DNA of 64,000 nt from a virus. The notes beneath the pieces were generated by a model. That model searched no databases, was not told where the DNA came from, and worked only from the letters and a program-made list of their open reading frames with translations. Position 1 is the stretch's first letter; every line of letters begins with the position of its first letter. The stretch lies in the IMG/VR virus record IMGVR_UViG_3300025864_000012, positions 30,143 to 94,142 of that record; one strand, given 5' to 3'. Position numbers and translations under genes: made by a program. Below are positions 43,376-53,919 of this stretch, piece after piece.

Positions 43376-45288
43376 GATGGCGTATACGTCCCCGTGATGC
43401 AGTAGGCAAAGGTACGTTGGTTCATAACTCCCCAAGTTGCACTTGGTCCATCGGCGTAGACATCGTCGTTCCAGTTGCCTTCACCTGAGCCTGTGGGGCC
43501 ACGATATGCGTGGAGCGTCTCTAGCCCGGGGGTAGCGACGTCACAGATGAAACCCAACCAGTAGAACCCTTGGGCGAGATGCACTGGCTCCGCGAAGGGC
43601 AAGTCGAACCACGCCCCCACTGCTTGCCCACCTGGGATGGCAACCTCGATACCTGTGGCCAGCAGATCAACGGGCTCGGCCCAGTGGTCGGAGTAGATCA
43701 CAGCCTTGACATTGCTCCCGAGCACGTTAGTACTGAGGAAGGCGCTGAGCTTGGTAACGTCCCCCCCATAGTGCTCACGGACCGGGAACCTGCCGCACAT
43801 CTTCCCGTCCGTCCACGTGCCATAGAGGATTCGTTCTTCACCAAAGTAGCCAAATGGCCCATCCCACGGCGAGAGAAAAGGAACGCCATTGATGGTTACG
43901 TTGGTCATGTTCACGATGGAGTCCTGCGTTTCATTTAGAACTATGATCACGCCTACAGACTCGTAGGTATGGTCAATGATCTCATAGTTGAGGATATTGA
44001 TGGTGCCAGCGGTTACGGTAGAAGGGATGTTGACTGCATGACGGTATAATCCCTCGACGTTTTCAATAGTGTATTTCATGTCCTCAAAGTTGACAGTTGT
44101 AAGTTGTGGCCCACCCTGATCGCCTACGACCTCAAACATCGACTGACCACCATTGCTGATCTGAGCGATATTCGATATACTTGAGCTTCTGCGAAAAGTC
44201 ATATAGGGGTTTGCCGGGCGCAGAGGTGCAACGAAATTCGTATAGAAGTAGGCGTTCCAATTCGGGTTGTTCATGATACAATTGTCGACGAGACCTTCAG
44301 AACACTGGTCCATCTCAATGCCCACGTCACCGGAGCGGTTGCCGTAGCAGTTGGTGATCTCGGCTCTACCGACACGCGCGTACTGGCCAATTTGGTAGTT
44401 GGAGCTCGACCCCACGTTGGTCATGGTGACCATAGTGTCGTGCCAGCATTCACGGATGTAGACACGGTCCATGGTTATCGACGAGTTGGCATTACCACTA
44501 CCCCAAATCCTTATGCCGGCAGTTCCGCCCTCACAACGGCAGTTCTGCACGAGTACGTCCTCGATGTGGTTCCACACGCTATCGACTTCAAGGCGACCGG
44601 CCTCGTGCCCGACGTAGACATTGATAGGACTCTGATTCCATGCCCGCTCCGGGTCTGTGAGCATGTTGATCACGCGGACATCCCTGATTGTAAGATTCTC
44701 GATGTTGATGTAGTGCGTCCATTTGTGTAGGCCCGCAGCATACATATCGAACCCGAAGACGGACTCCAGACCACTTTCCGAGTGATTGTTTTGGGCATCG
44801 ACGGTGAAACCCTTGAAGAAAAAGTTCTTGAAGGTGAGTGGGTTCGTATAAATGTCCCAGGCCATGGGCTTGTTCCAACTGAAGAAGCGCGGTCGCGTGT
44901 TCGAGAGCTTTATAATCGTGTTGTAGCCAGAGAAGGTCATCGTACGAACGTTTTCTGCCGGCAACTTTATGGATTCGTCGATCAAGTAGGTGCCCGACTC
45001 TGGAAAATACACGGTTCCGCCCCCTGCGGCAAAACATGCGTCGACGGCACCTTGAACCGCCGCCGAGGACTCGATGACGCCGATAGGGTCAGCGCCATAG
45101 TCGACAACGTTGAAAACGTATGTATCAACAGTGTGGCTGTCGGCAATCGTCGGTGACGACGAGGTTGACCAGCAAACGCCGCACGCGATGATTTCCCTGT
45201 CAGGAGCGTCGGGGGCTATGAGACCTCCGCTGCGCGCCGAGTGTGCCTGGATTTTGGTGATGGCCGTGGTCGTGACAGAGGATGTCAT
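43372..45288 (-). CDS. beta-helix tail spike/depolymerase-like protein starting with an FN3-like N-half
   Basis: FNVVDYGAD, GGTVYFP, beta-helix; paralogous to 35064..36575. Confidence 0.8.
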   Translation of the reverse strand: MTSSVTTTAITKIQAHSARSGGLIAPDAPDREIIACGVCWSTSSSPTIADSHTVDTYVFNVVDYGADPIGVIESSAAVQGAVDACFAAGGGTVYFPESGTYLIDESIKLPAENVRTMTFSGYNTIIKLSNTRPRFFSWNKPMAWDIYTNPLTFKNFFFKGFTVDAQNNHSESGLESVFGFDMYAAGLHKWTHYINIENLTIRDVRVINMLTDPERAWNQSPINVYVGHEAGRLEVDSVWNHIEDVLVQNCRCEGGTAGIRIWGSGNANSSITMDRVYIRECWHDTMVTMTNVGSSSNYQIGQYARVGRAEITNCYGNRSGDVGIEMDQCSEGLVDNCIMNNPNWNAYFYTNFVAPLRPANPYMTFRRSSSISNIAQISNGGQSMFEVVGDQGGPQLTTVNFEDMKYTIENVEGLYRHAVNIPSTVTAGTINILNYEIIDHTYESVGVIIVLNETQDSIVNMTNVTINGVPFLSPWDGPFGYFGEERILYGTWTDGKMCGRFPVREHYGGDVTKLSAFLSTNVLGSNVKAVIYSDHWAEPVDLLATGIEVAIPGGQAVGAWFDLPFAEPVHLAQGFYWLGFICDVATPGLETLHAYRGPTGSGEGNWNDDVYADGPSATWGVMNQRTFAYCITGTYTPS

Positions 45289-45295
45289 GGCTACC

Positions 45296-46534
45296 TCACT
45301 CGCTCGGGAACTGTTCCCAGCGCGGCGTGGCGCTGTCGGTTACACGCAGGTACGTGGTTGGCTCCGAAGTCGCCTGTTCGGCAAGCACGACAAGTTTGCC
45401 CCTGAGAACGCGCAGCGGCGCAGTACCGCCATAGGCTTCGTTCAGCTTCGCCACGTCCTCGACGTACATCGCGCCGTCTGCCCAAAGCACCCTATGCGCG
45501 TGACCGCTCGTCACCTGCCAGCCGATCAGTCCGTGCGAGACGGGCAGGAAGGCGACGTAGTTGACGGCCGCGTACTGGCCCACGCCGCCGCCCGTGATGG
45601 TGACGCGCAGCAGGTCGGCCCCGGCCCCGCGCACAACCCGATTCGGCAGGGAAATGACGCCGAGTGGCAGCAGATGCAGGGCCGTGGTCGGAATCAAGAC
45701 GGGGCCGCTGAAAGGGGTCTGAATGGTGTCGACGTTGGCGGTCGTACCCGCACAGTTGGCGAGCACGAGGTATTCTCCGGGGGCGAGATCAGTCACATCA
45801 ACGTTGGTGTACGCGGCGGCGGTGTGGGACCAGATGGTGTTGCCCGCGCCCGCTGGATAGCCCTCCGCGGAGGCGAACGCCGCGCCCGCAGACCACGTCG
45901 CGGCCACGAGCGGCTTCACGAAGTCGCCGATGACAGCCATCTCGTCGTCGGTATGACCGACGTAGCAGGCGGACAGTCCAAGCGCGCCCGCGTCCAGCAG
46001 CAGGTCCAGCGGCGTGGCGAACTGGCCAGTCTGGGAGGTGAGGGGGATCAAGCCTGGAGCGTAGAGGCCAGCAGCGGAGTGCAGCGTCTCGACGGCACCG
46101 TAGACATAGGGGTCGCAGACGAAGGTGAAGGTAACGAGTGTAGCAAAGCGGAGCTGCTCCATGGTCGTGAATGGCTTGCTCACAATGCCCTCTACGCGAT
46201 AAGCGATGAACATACCAGGTCTACTGGAGCCGTTGGGGCAGACCGTCACGGTAGACGTATTAGAATCATTAGGAAACACATCAATAAGGGCGGAAACGTA
46301 AGCAGCAAGCGCATCAGCACTGGAGGCTCGTACGAGTACCGTAAGAGGCCCCATAGAGCGCGGGGCTGACGACGATGGTCCAAACTGCGGCAAGTCGAGG
46401 ACTGGAGAAGTAGTAGTACTCCACGTCGACCCGCTACCACCAAGACTAAGTTCTTCGTCCTCCTTCAAACTATACGGTGCAGTCAGCAGGTCAACAGTCA
46501 ACATCCCCTTGGTGATTGAAAAGACAGTACTCAT
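45296..46534 (-). CDS. distal tail protein-like
   Basis: Directly after the tape measure gene; F.CDPY.YG motif. Confidence 0.7.
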   Translation of the reverse strand: MSTVFSITKGMLTVDLLTAPYSLKEDEELSLGGSGSTWSTTTSPVLDLPQFGPSSSAPRSMGPLTVLVRASSADALAAYVSALIDVFPNDSNTSTVTVCPNGSSRPGMFIAYRVEGIVSKPFTTMEQLRFATLVTFTFVCDPYVYGAVETLHSAAGLYAPGLIPLTSQTGQFATPLDLLLDAGALGLSACYVGHTDDEMAVIGDFVKPLVAATWSAGAAFASAEGYPAGAGNTIWSHTAAAYTNVDVTDLAPGEYLVLANCAGTTANVDTIQTPFSGPVLIPTTALHLLPLGVISLPNRVVRGAGADLLRVTITGGGVGQYAAVNYVAFLPVSHGLIGWQVTSGHAHRVLWADGAMYVEDVAKLNEAYGGTAPLRVLRGKLVVLAEQATSEPTTYLRVTDSATPRWEQFPSE

Positions 46535-49500
46535 CGGGTCTTGCCCCCCCTGGTGCGATGATCGACACGATTTTGGTGCTGTTTCTGTATCTCTATTTGC
46601 GCAGCGATCTCAGTACTGTTGAGGTAGACCTTGACATAGGTATCGCCTGCTGCCGTCTCGCTGCCTCGTCCGTCACCGATGGCGACACTCCCTGCACTAG
46701 CTGTAGATTGGCTTACGCCCGCTATGGAGAGGTCGTTGCCGATACCAAGCGCACTAGCGGCGTTGACCATCCCGTTGGCAGCGCCTATTATGTTCGTCCA
46801 GCCCGCAGTTCCGAAGTTCCCAGCGTCGACTTCAGAGACACCTCGCATAACGTCAAGGACAGATAGGAGTGCGTCGGCGAGAAGCTTCAACCGGTCGATC
46901 GCAGTCATGACGGAGTCTGGAATAACGATACCACTAAGATCCGCAACAAACGTAGCAGCCATAGTCTTTATGATCGCCCCAAGCCTCGCAAAAGCTCCTG
47001 CCGGTGGCTCGAACAGACGAGGATCAACTTCAGTCATCGACTTCAGTAGATCAAGGGCGCTCCCGGCAACACCAAGCACCTCACCCAGCGGCCCAGCAGT
47101 TGCCGCAGTTGACGCAAGGCCCGTCTTTGATGCCTCGCTACTAAAGACCTTGTTGACTTCCTCTTGGACGATCTGTGCTATTTGTACGGCTGCTTGTGCA
47201 AGCGTTCGAGCCTTCTGAGCAACAGCAGCCGTCATCGCCGGGACCGCCGTGGTCGTGAGCATGGTCAGCGTATCGGAGATGCCGGTGATGAGCCCGAGCA
47301 TATCGGCGACCGGACCGGCCAGCGGCCCCGCATCTTCGAGTGCGGCAAGAGATTCGCCGCCAGCGGTTACCAAGGCCCACTTCGGCTTCTTCTTCGTACC
47401 CGTATTGACCTTCGTACTCGTAGCTTTAGGGAACGCCTTGATGAGCTCTTCGGAGACAGCCTTCGCAACATCAGCCGCCGCCTTGGCCATATCTCGCGCC
47501 TTGGTGAGCAGCTCGGGAGTCATAGCCACAGTTTGGGCCGTAATCGCGGTGAGCAGCTCGCTCATGTTCGTGACGACACCAAGAACATCCCCGATGGGAC
47601 CAGCCAATGCGCCAGCGCCCTCGAGATTGGCGGCCGCTTCGCCGCGCGCGGTAATCTTCTTCCACTTCGGCTTCCTCTTAGTGCCCTTGTTGACCCGCGT
47701 CGTTGTTGTCGCCGGGAAGACCTTGATGAGCTCTGCGGCTACGGCCTTCGCCATCTCTGCCGCCGCCTTCGCCAACGCCCGCGCTTTCGCCAGGGCGTCC
47801 GCAGACGCAGCTGGGATAACGGCCGTTGAGATCGTGGTGAGCAGTTCCGAGATGCCGCTCACGAAGTCGAGCAAGTCTCCGATGGGGCCACCCGCCTCGC
47901 CCGCCTGTGAGAGCTTGGTCCCCTTCTTGCCCATCTTCGGGTCGACCGCCTCTTGCTTCTTCGTCTTCGGACGGCCCTTTGTCCACGGGAACGCCTTGTT
48001 GATTTCCTGGGCGATGACGATGGCGACCTTGGCGGCCTGGCGCACGATTGCCTTGATCTTGGCTTTCCATTGACTGGAAAGCGCGGGCACCGTGACCTTG
48101 TCCAAATTGTTCAGCGCCTCGCCGATGCTGCTGATGAAGTCGATGAGCGTCTGGATGGAGCCGCTGGCATCAGCCGCATTCGAGAGCCTAGCGAGCTTCT
48201 TCTTTCCGAGGCCGCCGGTGGCCTTGCCAATAGCTCCCGCCACAGAATTGGCGGCTTTGGTAGCGACAGCAACGGTCTTGCCAACAGGATTGGCGTTGGT
48301 CGTCCTACCAGTGGCATCATCAGCGGAGAGTCCTGCCTGCCGCATGATCTGGGCGGCGCGGACAGGATGGTCCAGCGGGATGACGGCCTCGGGACCTTCT
48401 TCGGCGATCTGGGCGACGTGAGGCGTCCTGAAGACGCCGCCCAAGGCGTGCTTCGCCCGGACTATGGTCTCCCGTGTCGTAAGCGTGATCGTCTTGCTCT
48501 GGACACCCCGAAGCGAGGCGATGACCTGATTGATGGCCGCCTGTGCCTGACTCGTGTTGGCGGTGATCTTGGGGTTGGCTTTCTCACCGTTCAACTTCAC
48601 CAGGAGCGCATGTGCCTTCTTGATCGCCGCCTCAAGGAGTTGCTTCTGCGCCTCGATCTTCGGCGAGGTCTTTTTGTTGTTGAGCTTGGTCAGGTCCCCC
48701 CTAAGCGTTTTGAGATTGCTCTGCGCGGCCTGGATCTTTGCCTCAAGGAGAATCTTCCAGTTCTTGCCCGTCAAGGTCTTGAGGGCCGCCTTCATATCGG
48801 CGATCTTCTTCTCGAGTCCCAGCTCTTGATGGATGATCACCGACGTCTGGTGCGGCTTCTTCGTGAGTGCGTCGAGTTGCGTCTGCGCCTTCTTCACACC
48901 AGTCTGCAGGTCGGATATCTGCGCCTTGACCATGATGACGTGATCGTGATGCACGAGCTTGTCGAGCGAGCCGCTCAGCTTGTCGATGACACCCGCCGCC
49001 TGGTCCGCCGCAGCGCGGGCTGCCTCGGCAGTGTCGGCGGCGGCGTTGGCGATCGCCGGTGTCTTGTTGGCGGCCATGCGCGCGTTCTGCTCGGCGAACT
49101 TGGCCTTGTTGTCCAACTCGTCGAAACGGATCTTGGCGGCCGCGATCAGGTCCTCCTGCGCCTCCTCCGCCTTCGCGGCGCGCAGCTTCGCCGCCGCAGC
49201 GTGGACGGCCGCGACAATCGTCTCGGAACTGACGTCAACGTTCTTCGGCTGCCAGACGAGCGTTCCGGCCTTCACTACGTAATGACCGCCGAGCGCCTTG
49301 TCCATCTGTGCCTGGAACGCGGAGGCGTCCGGACTCTTGAGACGCGCGGTCACACCCTTGTAGTCAGCGGCGCTGGACTTGGCGCCGCTGAAGGCTTTGC
49401 TCAGGCGATACAGACTGTAGATCGCCAGTCCTATGCCAGCGATAGCCGCAATGGTGATGCCAATTGGCCCTAGGATGCCGAGTATGGCCGATCCAACGGC

Positions 49501-51051
49501 GGCAAAGCCGGCACGTGCCCCGCCCGCTGCGCGGCTGACCCTGTTCAGCGCTCCCTCTGTCTTTGAGAGACCAGCTATGGCAGCTGTCTCACCGGCTACC
49601 TCGGTGGCTCCCATTGTCGGTATGAGTGCCCTTGTCGGAAGACCCGAGGCAGCCGTAGCAGCGGCCACCGAAGCCAGACTTTGCGGTGCAAAGGCGGCTC
49701 CACCTATGAACGCTGCTTTGATAGCGCCGGAAGCGACGGCAAAGGTCTTCATCGCCAGACCGGCCTTGCTAAGTGCTATGGCCAATGTGCCAATCGAGCT
49801 CACCAGAGTTCCAAGCACCCAAATGGCTGGACCAACAATAGCCGCTATGAGGCCCATTTTGACAAGAAAGCTCTTCTGCGGGCCGGAAAGACTGGAGAAG
49901 GCTTTCCCGATGCCTGCCAGCTTCTGCATAATCGCCGTAACACCTGGCAGAAGTATGGTACCCAAATCCTTCAGACCGACAAGAAATGCGGCCCAAGCCA
50001 TCTGTAGCTTACCAACATCAGTCGCGGCCCAGATCTTGAAGGTGCCCGCAGCTTCACCTGAGGAGTTTTTTACCTCGTCAAAGGTCTTCTTCAGCCGTGC
50101 GCCGGTACCACCCAATAGCCCCCAAACGGCACGCAGGGACCGGATGTTCGGAATGATTGTCTTCAGTATCTCATCGGCCTTCTTGGGGCCAGCTTTGTCT
50201 GAAAGACGGACGATCTCCTTGAGGGCGGGTACGATACCCTGGCTCGCGAGAATCTTACGCAGATCGTAGTAGGAGCTACCCATAGACGCCAGATAGTCGG
50301 CTCCCGCCTTCGTGCCCTTCGTCAGACCGAGCATGAGGTTGTTGATGGACGTCACCGCTTCCGGCGTCTTGATGCCCTTGGCGGTCATGACGGCGATGGA
50401 GGCAGCGACATCAGCGAACTCGACGCCCAGATGGGCGGCGTTGGCGGCAACGTCACCAATGCGCGCAGCGAACTCGGCAGGCTCTGCCTTACCAGTGCGG
50501 ATGGCTGCCGTCAGGATGTCCATAGCGCGGGCGGCAGTAAGCCCCGTGCCCTCGTAGGCTGCCAGGGCTGTGGTCAGGCTGTCGGCAACGACCTGCGTCT
50601 CGCCCATGCCCATGGCCGCGCCCTTAGCAGACGCCTGGAGGATCTTCATGGCGCCCGCGCCCTTGAAGCCCGTCGACGTCACGAAGTAGAGAGCGTCCGC
50701 AAGCTCTGCGGGTCCCCGACCTGTAGTTTGCGCCAGGGAGTCCATCCCCTTACGGTAGATGGCCATATCCTTGGTGCTCTGCCGGTTGATACCGGCGACC
50801 TTCATCATGCTACTCTCGTACTTGTAGGCATAGATGACGGACGCCGCCCCTGCTGCGATGAGAGGAAGGCTGACCCAGCGCGTCAGCGAACCACCGATAC
50901 TCTGCATGGTACGGCCCGCGCGTTGCCAAGAGCGACCCTGCGAGTCAAGGGCCTTTGACAATCGGCTGGCATTGCCGGCGGCGCTGTTCAGCGCCGCGCT
51001 GAGGGACTTATCACGTCCGACAAGTATGACATCTACAGTGTTCTGTGCCAA
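46531..51051 (-). CDS. tape measure protein
   Basis: 1506 aa, Ala-rich, TP901-type core, A.GG...P....I.E.GPEAVIPL motif. Confidence 0.93.
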   Translation of the reverse strand: MAQNTVDVILVGRDKSLSAALNSAAGNASRLSKALDSQGRSWQRAGRTMQSIGGSLTRWVSLPLIAAGAASVIYAYKYESSMMKVAGINRQSTKDMAIYRKGMDSLAQTTGRGPAELADALYFVTSTGFKGAGAMKILQASAKGAAMGMGETQVVADSLTTALAAYEGTGLTAARAMDILTAAIRTGKAEPAEFAARIGDVAANAAHLGVEFADVAASIAVMTAKGIKTPEAVTSINNLMLGLTKGTKAGADYLASMGSSYYDLRKILASQGIVPALKEIVRLSDKAGPKKADEILKTIIPNIRSLRAVWGLLGGTGARLKKTFDEVKNSSGEAAGTFKIWAATDVGKLQMAWAAFLVGLKDLGTILLPGVTAIMQKLAGIGKAFSSLSGPQKSFLVKMGLIAAIVGPAIWVLGTLVSSIGTLAIALSKAGLAMKTFAVASGAIKAAFIGGAAFAPQSLASVAAATAASGLPTRALIPTMGATEVAGETAAIAGLSKTEGALNRVSRAAGGARAGFAAVGSAILGILGPIGITIAAIAGIGLAIYSLYRLSKAFSGAKSSAADYKGVTARLKSPDASAFQAQMDKALGGHYVVKAGTLVWQPKNVDVSSETIVAAVHAAAAKLRAAKAEEAQEDLIAAAKIRFDELDNKAKFAEQNARMAANKTPAIANAAADTAEAARAAADQAAGVIDKLSGSLDKLVHHDHVIMVKAQISDLQTGVKKAQTQLDALTKKPHQTSVIIHQELGLEKKIADMKAALKTLTGKNWKILLEAKIQAAQSNLKTLRGDLTKLNNKKTSPKIEAQKQLLEAAIKKAHALLVKLNGEKANPKITANTSQAQAAINQVIASLRGVQSKTITLTTRETIVRAKHALGGVFRTPHVAQIAEEGPEAVIPLDHPVRAAQIMRQAGLSADDATGRTTNANPVGKTVAVATKAANSVAGAIGKATGGLGKKKLARLSNAADASGSIQTLIDFISSIGEALNNLDKVTVPALSSQWKAKIKAIVRQAAKVAIVIAQEINKAFPWTKGRPKTKKQEAVDPKMGKKGTKLSQAGEAGGPIGDLLDFVSGISELLTTISTAVIPAASADALAKARALAKAAAEMAKAVAAELIKVFPATTTTRVNKGTKRKPKWKKITARGEAAANLEGAGALAGPIGDVLGVVTNMSELLTAITAQTVAMTPELLTKARDMAKAAADVAKAVSEELIKAFPKATSTKVNTGTKKKPKWALVTAGGESLAALEDAGPLAGPVADMLGLITGISDTLTMLTTTAVPAMTAAVAQKARTLAQAAVQIAQIVQEEVNKVFSSEASKTGLASTAATAGPLGEVLGVAGSALDLLKSMTEVDPRLFEPPAGAFARLGAIIKTMAATFVADLSGIVIPDSVMTAIDRLKLLADALLSVLDVMRGVSEVDAGNFGTAGWTNIIGAANGMVNAASALGIGNDLSIAGVSQSTASAGSVAIGDGRGSETAAGDTYVKVYLNSTEIAAQIEIQKQHQNRVDHRTRGGKTR

Positions 51052-51068
51052 GGCAGACCGTTACTCCC

Positions 51069-51631
51069 TTACTTTGTCTGTTTAGCTCGTTTGTCCATGT
51101 ACCTGACGATACCCAGCCAATCGTTCGGACTCAGATCAAGTATGTCGGGAAGCCTCCATCCGAAGGATTCGCAGACTGCGAGTCGATCGTCGAAGGGAGG
51201 GAGGATGGGGTCGTCGGGTCCGCACTCTTTGATTCCGGCGTGCTTTCGTCTACCTCTCCTAAAGGGTGCTTCTCCGCTTCAGCCGCCTCCTCTTCTGCAG
51301 CCGCCTTCTCAAGCGCCTCCACCAACACCTTCTCCACAGCCACAACAAGATTGTCGTAGGTGTCGGGTTCGGTGCACTCCTCCAGGAGGGTGACGAACTT
51401 GAGGCCCGGGCGGCGCTTGCGTTCTGCCATCCACACAAACCCTAGAATCCACCGAGGGTCGATGTTGAGCAGACCAGTCGGAATGTCATCGGGGCCGTCA
51501 ACAGCCTCCGAGATGGTCTTTAGGATCTCCGTGAGGGCGTACTGGGGATTGACCTTGACCGCGTCGCGGAACGCAAGTTGCCATGCGAACGGCCAATCGC
51601 CAATCTGGATGTCCATTCTGATTTCAGTCAT
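51069..51631 (-). CDS. tail assembly chaperone G (51131-51631) and -1 frameshift product GT (ending 51069)
   Basis: Slippery C-CCT-TTA at 51266-51260; -1 frame open to TAA at 51069 and encodes FGW.L..I..L...DW. Confidence 0.8.
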
Positions 51632-51669
51632 GTGATGTCCTCCCTGTGCTTGGTAGATTAGATCGTATG

Positions 51670-52368
51670 CTAACGGTAGCCACCCGTAAGGATCTTCTTG
51701 GTACGGTGGATCTTCCTGCCGCCACCGAAGCCGCCGCCGCCGCGCTTAGCAACGGCGCGACCACCAACGAACGGTGGCGCGGACTCGATGCCCAACTCTG
51801 TGCTGGTGACGTTGACAAGAATTCCGTGCTTCTCACACACATCGGCAATGCCTCGCGTCAGGGTGTCGCCGATGTAGCCACGAATATGGTATGCCACGTT
51901 CCAAATGAAGTAGCCGCGTGGCAGGCGGGGCTTGTAGTAGATTCTGTGCCCACGGAAGAGGGCACGGCCTGCCAGAAGGTATGGTGCCATGACCTGTACC
52001 TTCTTGTGGCCCGGGTTCAGGAAGCGCCCCATACCAGCACCGAGGCGGTGCCAGTAGGAGAGACCACCAAACTCCTGAATGTAGATGTGCGGGGTCATAG
52101 CGCCGCCTGCACCCACCCGGGCCGAGTTGTAGGTGGCCTTGTGCTTCACCGAAGCCTTGATGGCGCCGGGCGGTGGCTGCCCGGCGCCATCCTTCGAAGA
52201 TTGGTAAGGTCCCGGAGCGTGGGCGACCACATTGGTGTGCGCATAGGCGGCGATGTTCTCGTAGACTGCTCGCATGTCTTTGACACCCCCCGCACTTGCG
52301 CGGAGGGCTACTGCGAGCTGGTCAAGCGCCTCGCCATTGATACCAACGAAGTGGCCACCTACTGCCAT
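51670..52368 (-). CDS. tail completion protein (HK97 gp10-like)
   Basis: Position; G.I..S......EFG motif. Confidence 0.6.
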   Translation of the reverse strand: MAVGGHFVGINGEALDQLAVALRASAGGVKDMRAVYENIAAYAHTNVVAHAPGPYQSSKDGAGQPPPGAIKASVKHKATYNSARVGAGGAMTPHIYIQEFGGLSYWHRLGAGMGRFLNPGHKKVQVMAPYLLAGRALFRGHRIYYKPRLPRGYFIWNVAYHIRGYIGDTLTRGIADVCEKHGILVNVTSTELGIESAPPFVGGRAVAKRGGGGFGGGRKIHRTKKILTGGYR

Positions 52369-52764
52369 TTACGCAGTCAGGTCGTAAGTAATGGTGCCGC
52401 TCGCCGTGAACTCGACGGACAGCTTGTTTTCGCCGTCGTTCGAGAGGCCCAACTCGAGGGTGCTCACGACGAAGTTGCCAGTGACACTGAGGCCAGTGGC
52501 GAACGTGATCGTTAGGGTCGAGCTGGTGCCCAGCGAGCACTTCGCGGCCGGGCCAGAGGCACCACCGTCGTGCATAAACTCGATGGTGACGTTATCATGC
52601 GTGCGCATGCCCGTATCGATGGGCGCAGGCCAGATGGATCCAGCCGCATGGAAATCCTGCATCTTGACGTTCTCTTTGACGCCAGAGACGCTCAGAACAA
52701 ACGCCTTGAGATCAGTACCGTTGAAGGTGATATCGACGATATCCTTCCAAGAGTAAAGAGCCAT
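52369..52764 (-). CDS. tail tube protein-like
   Basis: 131 aa, beta-rich, position. Confidence 0.65.
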   Translation of the reverse strand: MALYSWKDIVDITFNGTDLKAFVLSVSGVKENVKMQDFHAAGSIWPAPIDTGMRTHDNVTIEFMHDGGASGPAAKCSLGTSSTLTITFATGLSVTGNFVVSTLELGLSNDGENKLSVEFTASGTITYDLTA

Positions 52765-52878
52765 GTAAACATCCTTTCAGTGATTTTGTTTGTAACCGTC
52801 GAGTGCTGTTGACAAAAGGGCACCGCAGCAAGATGCCAGAAGCCGTCAGGCGCGGCCGGGAAACACGACGCGCCAGCC

Positions 52879-53637
52879 TCAGGAGAGCGGGGTGATAGTC
52901 GTCAGGTACGAGATGCTCGTGCCAGCGCCGCCGTTGTAGATCCAGGAGGTCGAGATGTAGCGGTTGACCAGCCCGGAGAGCGTGATGCACCGCCCGCTGA
53001 TTGCGGTCGTGTTGGCGAAGCTACCGCTCGCGTGCGCGACGAAGGTGATGTGGTCAGAGCTATGCCGCACTACGACAGTAGCCGAGGTGGCGCCACCAAG
53101 CACGATGGCACCAACCTGAAGGTAAGCACGCGCACCATCCGCTGAGGAAGCCCCAATATCGGCATAGGCCGCATCAGTGTTGCCAGCAGTCGTACGCGTA
53201 GCATACGGAGTAGTGATGTAGCCGGGATCCACAGCACCGCGTGACGTGATGCCGGGAGTCAGCTTGTGTACATCGTCGCTCGAGATACCGACTTCGATCT
53301 CTGAGACATTGGCAGCCTGGAACGACCAGCAGCGGTTGCTGACCACGTTGCCTTCCAGGAAGACAGTCACAACCTTGTCGGTAGTTGATAGGGCGTTGAC
53401 CCTGCTAAGGGCGATGTCGGCAAGAACGGGCGTGGTGGTCAGTGAATCCATCCAACCGCCCAAGGTCAACTCGCCCTTATACGAGCCGAGCCAGAAGTTG
53501 TAATCCCAGACCTGCCCACAGGCATGATGGACAGCCACATCAGCGGAGACCTTCATGCCGAGGGTGTCGATACCATCGGCGATGTTGACCCCATCGAACA
53601 TCACATGAGTTACGTCTTTCAGTGAAGAGAGGCCCAT
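52879..53637 (-). CDS. second tail tube-like protein with C-terminal extra domain
   Basis: N-terminus resembles 52369..52764 (S.KD...I.F.G..L). Confidence 0.55.
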   Translation of the reverse strand: MGLSSLKDVTHVMFDGVNIADGIDTLGMKVSADVAVHHACGQVWDYNFWLGSYKGELTLGGWMDSLTTTPVLADIALSRVNALSTTDKVVTVFLEGNVVSNRCWSFQAANVSEIEVGISSDDVHKLTPGITSRGAVDPGYITTPYATRTTAGNTDAAYADIGASSADGARAYLQVGAIVLGGATSATVVVRHSSDHITFVAHASGSFANTTAISGRCITLSGLVNRYISTSWIYNGGAGTSISYLTTITPLS

Positions 53638-53910
53638 TTACTTTTCACCTCCTCGACTTACCTGGTCGTTACTTTTGCGAGGGGTCTTGACGGGCTCCGG
53701 AACAGGCGTGACCTCGTCCTCACCAATCTCCTCAATCCCGTTGGCAAGCCAGCTGGGGACAATATCGGGGTATGGAGGCGAAATCACCAGCTCCTCATCG
53801 CTGGGCTTGATCCAGTCGACCTCGTCCAGCTTCCCGGCCTTGGCATTGCGATAGCCCACGACGGTGGCCGGGTACACCGTGCCGGGGGGGATTCTGTACT
53901 GCTTAGCCAT
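53638..53910 (-). CDS. hypothetical protein
   Basis: GAGG RBS, structural operon. Confidence 0.55.
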   Translation of the reverse strand: MAKQYRIPPGTVYPATVVGYRNAKAGKLDEVDWIKPSDEELVISPPYPDIVPSWLANGIEEIGEDEVTPVPEPVKTPRKSNDQVSRGGEK

Positions 53911-53919
53911 ACGCACCTC

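Noticed and set aside
43372-43435. Sequencing frameshift that would rejoin the FN3 halves in one protein
   Set aside because: The upstream ORF ends in a natural-looking domain terminus with an ATGA overlap, and the same split recurs at 34303 with a different arrangement
31142-45288. Diversity-generating retroelement acting on tail genes
   Set aside because: No reverse transcriptase and no near-identical TR/VR pair seen
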